IMG/VR virus record: IMGVR_UViG_3300001919_000035
Location: 1-64,000 of that record
Origin: a virus
Lineage: Duplodnaviria; Caudoviricetes
Reading direction: 5' to 3' (one strand)
DNA: 64,000 bases
Positions within the stretch are counted from its first letter, which is position 1, and the number at the start of each line of letters is the position of its first letter. Below, in pieces: positions 57,301 to 64,000 of the stretch. The notes beneath the pieces are model-generated. The model was not told the origin of the DNA. It saw only the letters and a program-made list of their open reading frames with translations, and did not search any database. The translations under genes and the position numbers were made by a program.

Positions 57301-60300
57301 ATACTAGTAAGTTTATCTCTTGCTTCTTTCAATTTATTCATATCTGGCTTTCTATTACCAGATTCATCTGTATATACAAATGCACTATTGAAGAAATTCC
57401 TATTCCAGTCATTTACAATCTTCTTACCATTACGTAAGTTAACACTACCGCCTAAGTTAGCCATATATTGGATAGCATTCTCACCAATATTTTGAAAACC
57501 TACAGTAAGGAAATTATGTCTATAGCCAGTAATAGTTTGAAATATCTGAGTTTGTAAGTTTTCATTTTCTACAGAGGATAACTTATCATATACAGATGCA
57601 AAAAATGAATCAGTTTTAGCTAATTGAGCAGCACGTTTGATAAGACCACTATAAGTATCTTCATCAAACATTTTATCAACAATTCTACGCCAAGCAGTTA
57701 AGAATGGAGTTACTTTAGGTATACCTGTTTCAGGATTAATATCTCTAACATAAGAACCATTTTTATATAAACGATCTTCTATTGAAGACAAGAACAATTT
57801 AACAGCAGGTCTGATATTATGTAGTATAGAAACTTCATACGAAGCTTTATCATACTTATCAAAGTTTTCTTTTTCTATATCCCCACCATCTCTTTCTTCG
57901 TCTTCTTCATATATTTCTTCTTCCTTTACTTGTTTAAGATTAAGAGAAGACAAATACGATTGTAAGTCTTGTTGAAATATATCAAAGTGATCATAGAGTT
58001 CACCAGCAGCAGCTCTTTGTTCTGGTGTAGCATTTTCATCTTCTGACAAATCTAACAATAATTCTCTCATATCAGCATAATCAATGGTAATATTAGAGAG
58101 ATCGTTAACTACATCCTGACTATTAAGAGATTGATTAATGTAAGATATAGCAAAGAATTCTACAGCTTGATTATAATTATCAAGAGCTTTTATATTCTTA
58201 AATTCGTAACCATGCTGTGTAAAATTAACTCTATCACCATATACTTGTTCAAATCTAGCCTTAGACTCTGCATTTACAGGTATATTAGCATATTTACCTT
58301 CGTATATACCTCTAAATATACTTGTAGGAGTTACTCTACCAAATAAAGATAATACAAAGTCTCTAAGTTTATCAAACCATTTAGTTATTCTGTAAGCTTT
58401 TTTAGTAGCCCTATTTAACATAAATGCTCTGAAATCTTCTGCTAAGTATTCTTCTATTACTTTATCGGTTGCATTCTTAAGATTTCTATGGGTTCTACGA
58501 TACTCATCATATATCTTATTTCTCTGTTCGTTAGACATTAATAACAAAGATACTCTATGATATCCTTCATGATATTCAACACCAGCAGGATCACTAGTAG
58601 CTAATATAACAGCATCATTTGTCATATGAGACAATGCGGTAGAAGGTATACCAGATGAAATAGCAGTGTCAATTATACTAATTTCAGAATCATTCATACC
58701 AAGTTTCTCTTTCAAGAATCTTTTAGCTTGAATAGGATTCATCTTTTCTTTAGTAGTATACTTTTTATTTGGTGTAAAGTTTACTTTTACTTCTGCTTTA
58801 CTACCACCCATTGTAGTAAGATCAGAGAAGCTTCTACGTTTCTTAGCTTTTGGTCTTTCTGCTACAGGTTGTTCTTGAACAGGTTGTGCAACTGTAGGTA
58901 TAGCTGTAGATTGAGGTATAGTAGTAGGCATATCTTGAGTAATACCATCAGCTATAACATAAGGTCTATTATATCTTTCAGCATTCAGATTTGTTTGGAT
59001 TAAACCATTCTTAACCAACCAGGCTAAAAGTGATTTATCCATATCATCCTTAGTAAAGGATATACCATCAAATAACTGTAATTTGCCACCTGCTTTTTCT
59101 ACACTACTGTTTAATCTACCCTGAAATGCTTGGCTAAGCTTAGTAGTTACACTTAATTCCTGATTATTCTTACTAGGTACTTTAAATGGTATAGATCCTG
59201 TAGTCATTAACCAGTCAATAAAATGCTGTTTCTCCTGTTCTTTTTGAGCAGCTGATAAACCTGCTAATTGTACTTGATTTGTACCATAATGTAATACACC
59301 AAATTGACCTTTATTATCAATATATAATTGTTTATTTCTAAGATTATTCTTAGCGGCATCATTAATATCACTTTCAACATTTACTGTTGTAGGATCACCA
59401 TAATTTAAAAATAAATCAATTATATCACTACCAATCAGGTTAGTATCATTTACTTGATCTCCACTCTTAAATCCATACTTAAATACTATGTCTGCAATAG
59501 TTTTTACTAATTGTGGATGTTTATTAAGTCTGGACATATTTAACTTAAGTGGTAATGGTCTACTAGATAGTCTTTTTTTACCATCAATTATGTAATATAC
59601 ACCACCAGAAGTAGTACCAATAAAACCAGTATTATCCCCTTCAAGGTTAAATATAGTTTCTGTAGATCTTACACCTGTACTATATGCAAAATTTTTAAGT
59701 TCTTCATCAAGATTAGAACTTAATTGGAAAATTGTATTATACTGTTTATCAGATATAGGTCTTTCACTTGCTAGAGTACCCTCAATAGCATTATGAAGTA
59801 ATAATCTTGTAGGAGTTACTTTAATATTAGGATCTATTGCATTGAGTAATTTACCATTTTCATCAGTCTTTACAAACCTAGATATAATATCAGCTCTTCT
59901 TTCTCTAAGCTTATTTATCATATCTTGATACTCTTCTGCAGATAAACCTCTGATATTATTAGGACTACGCATAGCAATCCAATATCTCTTACCCGATTTA
60001 CTATCAGTAACAATCATTCCTACTCTAGCATAATCATAAGTATTTGGATTACTCCAATTTACTGTTTTACCAGTTGCTCTTTCATAGTAAGGAGCTACTG
60101 CATATTCATAAGATAAATTACTAGAATTATTCTTGAATAATTCTGGTAGTTCAGAATTAGGGGAGAACTGTATGTATTGACCATTAAGTTCTATTTTCTC
60201 TCCTACTGTAGCAGTTGGTAAATAATGGAAAGTATTTAATATACCTAATTCACTATTTTCAGAAAAATCTGCTAATTGAGAATCAGTGATAGCATCTTGT

Positions 60301-63300
60301 GGTATAGCATCTGGTGCTTGTGGAGAAGGCAGTACACCATCATTCACTGCATCCTTTATTTGATCCTGAGTAAGATCAGAAACTGGGGCTTCAAATAAAT
60401 CATCTACAATAATTTCAGCTACTTCTGCTGGTGTAGTCATTTGATTCCTTATATCTTCTGGCATATTATAATATGCAGTAGAATAAGCTCCTTTAATTGC
60501 ATCAAAATGTTTATCTAATCTTTCTCTATTTTTATCAATAGCCTCATATATACTTAAAGATACTTCTTTAAATTTATATGCCCCAACATTGAACGCATCA
60601 CCAAGTAGTTCCAAGAAAGCTTTAAAGATTTTAGCCTGTTTATCTGCTTGTGCAGCAGGATCAAATGCAAAACCAACACTATCATCCTCAAGTAAGTCCA
60701 TGAACTTTCTAGCAGATTCTCTTAATTTTGCTTTAGCATCCTGAGTTTTAGTCTTAGCTTCTTGCTTTTTAGATTTAGTCGGTTTTTCTTCAATTACTGC
60801 TCCACCAGTTTCAGTAAATATATCATCTACAGTGGGTTCACCAGTACCTCCTGCAAAAGGATCTTCATCTGCTCCTATAGGTTCATCTGTAGGTTGAGGA
60901 GCAGGAGTTTCTTTCTCATTTACTTGAGTTTCTACATCCATTGGAGCTTTAGCTTCTGTAGCAGGCTTATTAGGATTAGGTTTCAATCCAATATCCTGTC
61001 CTTCTGCTGCTGCAATAAGAGCTGCATCTGCTTCTTCTAATTCAGAAGCTGCAACACTATTTGTAATTGTAGCTTTTCTTTGTGGTCTTATAGGCTTCGT
61101 AGGTTCTACAGTTATAGCTTCTGGAGCTTCCTGAGCAGTAATTTCACCAGCAGGTACAGTAACTGGTTTTGATGGAATAACAGGAGTAGCAGCAGCCTGT
61201 GCTTCTTTTACTCCAGACATACCTTCTATCTGTTCTTTACTCTCAGATTTCTTTTGCTGATAAAGATCAAACATTTCAGAAATAAGATTATCACCTTGAT
61301 GTTCATGTATATTTCTTAATGCTTGAAGTTTAAGTTTACCAAGTTTTTTTCTACGTTTTCTATCTATTTTAGTACCTTCTTTACTAGTAGCAGTTTCAAT
61401 TATATTATCTCTTTCTAACTGTTCTGTACCAGTTATTCTATTATTAGATAAACCTGCAAACGAATTGAATATTTCTTGATTTCTTTCTGAAGTAATACTA
61501 GATAAAATAAGATCTTCTGTTGCAGTATTTAGATCTTTTAACTCATCAACAGATGAAATGGCATCTAATGAATTAGAAAGATTATCAAATCTTTGTTTAT
61601 TATCTTTATACCATTTTGGCATAGACTTCTGTAAAGCTTTTTCTCTTGCCCTAAGTCTATATTTAGCATCTTCAAGTTTAGCTAGCGTATATTGATTACC
61701 TCTAAATTCTGCTTCATTAACTTCACCTTTTAATGTACTAATTGCTTGATCTACTTCACCAAGCATATCGGTTATTAGCTTATTTTGTCTTACTGAATCA
61801 AATACACTTCTAATATCTTCTTTAGATATTTTTTGATCATTAGACTCAATAGCATTATTTATTTCATTATAGGCGTTATTTAGACTCTTTTCAAGTACAT
61901 TATTAAGTATTGTATTATTAGAAGCTAATTGATAAGCATTTCTATAAGCTATTTCTTTATCACTAACGTCTTGTAAAGAACTTATAAATTCTTTTTCAGA
62001 TTGCATGTACAATCCTACAAGTTCACCAAATTCTTCTGTATCAGGTTCAATATCAAGAGTTTTAGCAAGATCCTTTACTCTATTGTTCTTTGCTAAATCA
62101 AATGCTCTAGCTGCATATTTAGCTTCTTCAATAGCATCTTCTCTATTAAATCCTTCTGGTAGATTTTCAGCATTACCATCAGCCAACGATTGCCAAGCAT
62201 TTACTATTTCGGCTTCATGACCTTTAAACTTACCACTAGCATAAGCAACAGCTTTAGCCATTTCTTCCTTAGTATTAATTTCATTAGCAGCAAGTTCATT
62301 TACTCTGTCCATTCCTTGAGTTTCTTTTGCTAATGCATATGCACCACGAACATTTGTAGCACCACTAATAGGAGAGAGTAAACTAGCAGCTGCTCCTAAC
62401 TTAACATTTTGCCAATATTCTGTATCATTTTCATATAAAGAGTCTTGATAACCAAATGGACTACCAAGAATGTTAGCAGCAGTTCTAGCTTTCTCTTTAT
62501 AAGCGCCTAATACAGATGATGCAATACCTTTTAAATCCAAAGTACTATCATCAAAATCGCCTCTCTTGTATGCTTGACCCGTAGTATATTGAGAACCTTC
62601 TTCTACTCCTTCAATAAAGGCATCTGCAATATTACGAGCAGCAAGATCTGTACCAATATAAGCAGCCTTTGCTGCTCTATTAGCCCACTTTCTAGTAGCA
62701 ACGTCTATTGCATTTCTACCAAGTATATACTTAGATAAACGTTTCTTAGCTTCATCAGCAGCATATTCACCAACAGCCTCAGCAGGATTCATTACTTTGG
62801 TTGTTTTGCCTAATGCCTTGCCAACCCAACCATTAGCTACTTTACCAAAGTATGGTAACATGAGCATATCTCCTGCTACATTAGAAGCCCAAGTAATAGA
62901 CATGTTTTGAGCAAAATCTCTATCCATACCTAATCTTGCTGATGAAATCATATTAGATAGATTCTCATCATCTGTTTGTATTTGACCATCTAATATCTTT
63001 TCAAATATTTTGTCATCAGAAAGATTATTGTATTTTTCTGGTATGTTACCTTGTGCTCTAGCTCTATCTACTACATTAAAGATTGAATCACCACTATCAG
63101 TTAACATAGTAGCTACTCTATCTCTAAAGTCATCTGCAACATTTGCGTTTGCTTCATTTTCAGCTTGCTTATAGTTAGAGTAAATCATTAATCCTGCATT
63201 AGCAACATCTAATGCAGTAGATATACCACCAACAACTGCACCTGCTGAACCACCTACTAAAGTACCAAGACCAGGAACAACACTACCAGCAGCAGCGCCA

Positions 63301-63998
63301 GCAGCAGTAGTAGCAGCTGCTTTAACTAAAGCCTTTGTAGCAACACTTTTAAGAGCAGTAGTAGCATATGGAGCTACTTGCCACCACCAAGCAGAAGAAG
63401 AACTACCTACAGCAGAAGGAACTGTATAAACCCATTTACTAGGTTCTGACCATTTGAATTCTCCATTTTGTTCAGCAGCTTGTTTGAATCTTTCATCAAC
63501 ATTATATCTTGATATATCATTCTCATCAGTTTCTATATCATCATATAATTCTTGTGCCCTTTTTTTATAGTTATCTAATTCTACTTCTTGTTGAGTACGT
63601 ATATCAGCAGCATTACTCATATCAGGATTAACTCCAATACTACCTAAATATTGTCGAGTTAATTCTAACTTATTATTGATTTCATTTAATCCTTGCTGAA
63701 TAGCATTTACTTCATCTGCACTTTCTGCTACTGCACCACGATTCAATAATTCATCTTTCTGTCTCATTAAATCATCGTATGCAGAAAACATACTAATGTT
63801 GTAATTAGCTTTGTCAATATTTGGTAATACTTCTCTCCTAAGAACTCCTTGTGTATTAGCAATTTGAGCTTCGTTCATACTAACTAAAGACTGCTTAACA
63901 GAATTAGTTATAAGATCGTATGTATTCAAATCTTTGTAACTGTCTTCCATTGTAGAATCCGTATCAAGATTTTCATTATAAGTATCTTTCTTATAACT
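51375..63998 (-). CDS. Giant virion cargo protein containing the crAss-type virion RNA polymerase (5' end beyond the window)
   Basis: Catalytic GSDFDIDK (about 54168-54182), YRVPTQG, zincin YHEGYHRV (about 58557-58571), Ala/Gly-rich hydrophobic segment near the N-terminus. The frame stays open from ATG 63950 to the window edge, so the protein is at least 4207 aa. Confidence 0.9.
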   Translation of the reverse strand, partial: SYKKDTYNENLDTDSTMEDSYKDLNTYDLITNSVKQSLVSMNEAQIANTQGVLRREVLPNIDKANYNISMFSAYDDLMRQKDELLNRGAVAESADEVNAIQQGLNEINNKLELTRQYLGSIGVNPDMSNAADIRTQQEVELDNYKKRAQELYDDIETDENDISRYNVDERFKQAAEQNGEFKWSEPSKWVYTVPSAVGSSSSAWWWQVAPYATTALKSVATKALVKAAATTAAGAAAGSVVPGLGTLVGGSAGAVVGGISTALDVANAGLMIYSNYKQAENEANANVADDFRDRVATMLTDSGDSIFNVVDRARAQGNIPEKYNNLSDDKIFEKILDGQIQTDDENLSNMISSARLGMDRDFAQNMSITWASNVAGDMLMLPYFGKVANGWVGKALGKTTKVMNPAEAVGEYAADEAKKRLSKYILGRNAIDVATRKWANRAAKAAYIGTDLAARNIADAFIEGVEEGSQYTTGQAYKRGDFDDSTLDLKGIASSVLGAYKEKARTAANILGSPFGYQDSLYENDTEYWQNVKLGAAASLLSPISGATNVRGAYALAKETQGMDRVNELAANEINTKEEMAKAVAYASGKFKGHEAEIVNAWQSLADGNAENLPEGFNREDAIEEAKYAARAFDLAKNNRVKDLAKTLDIEPDTEEFGELVGLYMQSEKEFISSLQDVSDKEIAYRNAYQLASNNTILNNVLEKSLNNAYNEINNAIESNDQKISKEDIRSVFDSVRQNKLITDMLGEVDQAISTLKGEVNEAEFRGNQYTLAKLEDAKYRLRAREKALQKSMPKWYKDNKQRFDNLSNSLDAISSVDELKDLNTATEDLILSSITSERNQEIFNSFAGLSNNRITGTEQLERDNIIETATSKEGTKIDRKRRKKLGKLKLQALRNIHEHQGDNLISEMFDLYQQKKSESKEQIEGMSGVKEAQAAATPVIPSKPVTVPAGEITAQEAPEAITVEPTKPIRPQRKATITNSVAASELEEADAALIAAAEGQDIGLKPNPNKPATEAKAPMDVETQVNEKETPAPQPTDEPIGADEDPFAGGTGEPTVDDIFTETGGAVIEEKPTKSKKQEAKTKTQDAKAKLRESARKFMDLLEDDSVGFAFDPAAQADKQAKIFKAFLELLGDAFNVGAYKFKEVSLSIYEAIDKNRERLDKHFDAIKGAYSTAYYNMPEDIRNQMTTPAEVAEIIVDDLFEAPVSDLTQDQIKDAVNDGVLPSPQAPDAIPQDAITDSQLADFSENSELGILNTFHYLPTATVGEKIELNGQYIQFSPNSELPELFKNNSSNLSYEYAVAPYYERATGKTVNWSNPNTYDYARVGMIVTDSKSGKRYWIAMRSPNNIRGLSAEEYQDMINKLRERRADIISRFVKTDENGKLLNAIDPNIKVTPTRLLLHNAIEGTLASERPISDKQYNTIFQLSSNLDEELKNFAYSTGVRSTETIFNLEGDNTGFIGTTSGGVYYIIDGKKRLSSRPLPLKLNMSRLNKHPQLVKTIADIVFKYGFKSGDQVNDTNLIGSDIIDLFLNYGDPTTVNVESDINDAAKNNLRNKQLYIDNKGQFGVLHYGTNQVQLAGLSAAQKEQEKQHFIDWLMTTGSIPFKVPSKNNQELSVTTKLSQAFQGRLNSSVEKAGGKLQLFDGISFTKDDMDKSLLAWLVKNGLIQTNLNAERYNRPYVIADGITQDMPTTIPQSTAIPTVAQPVQEQPVAERPKAKKRRSFSDLTTMGGSKAEVKVNFTPNKKYTTKEKMNPIQAKRFLKEKLGMNDSEISIIDTAISSGIPSTALSHMTNDAVILATSDPAGVEYHEGYHRVSLLLMSNEQRNKIYDEYRRTHRNLKNATDKVIEEYLAEDFRAFMLNRATKKAYRITKWFDKLRDFVLSLFGRVTPTSIFRGIYEGKYANIPVNAESKARFEQVYGDRVNFTQHGYEFKNIKALDNYNQAVEFFAISYINQSLNSQDVVNDLSNITIDYADMRELLLDLSEDENATPEQRAAAGELYDHFDIFQQDLQSYLSSLNLKQVKEEEIYEEDEERDGGDIEKENFDKYDKASYEVSILHNIRPAVKLFLSSIEDRLYKNGSYVRDINPETGIPKVTPFLTAWRRIVDKMFDEDTYSGLIKRAAQLAKTDSFFASVYDKLSSVENENLQTQIFQTITGYRHNFLTVGFQNIGENAIQYMANLGGSVNLRNGKKIVNDWNRNFFNSAFVYTDESGNRKPDMNKLKEARDKLTSITNELARMTDSTSNEQFNEVLYKFVDFYNSIGIGVNYDTLFQAIVDKVSAVNSVNKPTLLQAAKDLLTSNRDGSLAKALPEILRRPVKDKNSDRIKRTLDGIFTGESSILNLAIVHYQKNTNNLEEKVLGPKNTTVYPLSKYNYLTLEVKKLNNDRNYVSKLLKCPINTSSLVYNSLKSNPNTRLTVGTLLNITEYNSGNTGTDYQSAPKIETFISKFVCSENDILLLPTMSDKKTYMPIQGLKLFKNRTLQFTPIENSVDVRFSNDVIEQFYKYYRSEYDAILQYRRMKLAEDKIDDANRPTKYFGKRGQDNGRGGKFRITRGVYKYDADGNLNYMSFDSLSDQELMDYFNNKAQLKEDLNTTLQVMVGKQLDYIKKLGLITKNNNGLYKNVYLPVSNINERTNSLANSISTLSGDQNKDFRENLAIYDAIATFTVNNFVSMFETEKVFYKDEAFYKSYPDVSKRLAGTLSTGDRPRTDFSNPNHIMNSNERFKQGRYNVAGLKDIELRTNQPAELYKAIYNAYVREYMEASGKFTDEYINDVFTSDDVFLSESVPEDIKALAKQNTERDLSLYGDIKRKEDGTIEVNEEKTPINQADASVYVSPTMYKAILASHGQLTPEVEAAIDYVEEHADDLGDIRKYTNTLAAILSPKKMVYFGNEILQPLPGEFINMPIFNKMAIFPLFKVLATGDLRVLYDRMSDTKNPIDMFTTDSAVKVGNIVEYDFYTDATQSQVTDFFTKDDNGYYKQPITFRQQNFSNLLNQMPIEAHDAEKRMLVTQAMKTVYSNIRLDGDYTLPGGKVVKGREMRDLAMKAIDNLSDRGLNRILKSLHAVKNEDGTYSFNDLAGLSDKLTRDMIASNMDTDMIEQVGLNEKGQFNVPLSASPVAKQLVTKIISGVNKETVDINLPGGTFVQMSSFGLKSIEKVKASESGQYSKYMVNGGNRLKLKNTNNSMDCVISINLLKHIIPGYSNMSFLEARQWLIDNHIIGDNASPSSMAYRVPTQGMSSIAALTIRDVVMSQAGDIIIMPDEFTARTGSDFDIDKLFLTRYNYTVRRSNQLGKEVSKEKVEIALKGYNEWADEVLGIKDGEPVTRRNSMKASESINQYLSETNSNIAYDVNTGTYREYAYTATKTQYDFNKSVEENSQGAVENLLIDTFMASMLDPKNVHDTTRPLDVPVNIMKNGIVKKYFPDVTNNTALYEYTEEYQDNLKQDFADSKSGIGPFALNNPHHVLGQLVELVMQAPEYMPNMGNLHKVTGVDDIHILDWLSALISAHVDVAKDNYIIKLNVNTFTYNITNLLLRNGAGKNTMYFVSQEIMKRMAQDYIQSKGVYGIDTSKTFQRRYDEKEKSIIDEFTKKAQTLAKSNDQKEQLKDLLLNDRITDEVLFEIPESGKLGYLENLLDKANKKDKDFDYYYGQLLVYKLYKQLDPMARALSDLVKASQVDTKKFGKNAIEMRQFMDKVADMYNSPYFTPQMIKKFYEDTFLQRKIDNSILFTLNLLDKVNIQSKTQYYNLFKSFVNSSGLKSVSNKQTITAITNAMDSYWKSYSLYDNVNSPLIGSLRSLRDLFIGDNSIAKRLNRIKKDIINDAANNGNKYPVISVTNGRISNLFLNSLTGVTDSSGKAIDYIRLDYSDDISSNASRQIREYWQELLDSDNNELHDLAYDLVRYAVFSGHGTKHLNSLFDFIPMRQLEELGYYENVRALEETNDFSRIFTEEDVHEIYRNNWQDNTLVPVLDTSKKGVYVHRERRGNKMVPVAIKGSNRQMICKNLDDTPLYHPYIKVRSNNSTGGYDLYKFIGTYTKQDGKRTLNKPLYILVNKKGFREGGKGVVTEYMSSYVMGSTKFSRYSIITGNNVAPTYSEYDNNFLEDIPEVINDLINKVNSQSNNPKLPGISGIFSPASTVNYMFGFDMSENRSGIEEINSEVDENGEIIESSPIVIGNDTEQSIQSTELDTDLQNLAEQGKQRRKEC

Positions 63999-64000
63999 AG

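Noticed and set aside
48513-62220. + strand ORFs inside the two giant genes
   Set aside because: Antisense shadows
1-64000. Stop-codon reassignment (TAG=Gln or TGA=Trp), known in some crAss-like phages
   Set aside because: Very long genes (858, 692, 1827 and >4191 aa) are uninterrupted in code 11, TAG and TGA both terminate plausible genes, and no clear CTA/TCA suppressor tRNA was found
1-64000. CRISPR array, DGR (reverse transcriptase or template repeat), integrase, smpB
   Set aside because: No regularly spaced repeats and no such protein motifs were seen in this window

Overview
This is a 64-kb segment of a crAss-like (Crassvirales) Bacteroidota phage genome, apparently read in standard code 11. 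It has three blocks. (1) A leftward (- strand) virion/packaging arm at 1-13.3 kb: portal, large terminase, dUTPase, HU-like and ParB-like proteins, an HNH endonuclease and a GroES-like co-chaperonin. (2) A rightward (+ strand) early/replication arm at 13.5-45.8 kb: many small genes, an ECF sigma factor, AAA ATPases, family B DNA polymerase, DnaB helicase, primase and nucleases. (3) Two giant leftward virion cargo genes at 45.9-64 kb, one carrying the crAss-type virion RNA polymerase (DFDID motif). The most unusual content is non-coding and lies on the + arm. It includes a circularly permuted two-piece tmRNA (21.7-22.0 kb) and a graded series of about 12 tRNA and tRNA-like elements, ranging from expanded cloverleaves to a bare 12-bp minihelix. 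One of these is an initiator-like tRNA with a CAC anticodon. There is also a ~2.3-kb hairpin-dense region with no long ORF (26.9-29.2 kb) that is a candidate giant structured RNA. Two promoter-like motif classes are visible: ATGCACCAA-N20/21-ATTGTGA at the start of the early arm, and ECF-like TAGAACA-N14/15-ACGTTA on the structural arm. An HNH endonuclease insertion has duplicated the primase C-terminus. All calls come from reading the sequence by eye; no database searches or folding programs were run.
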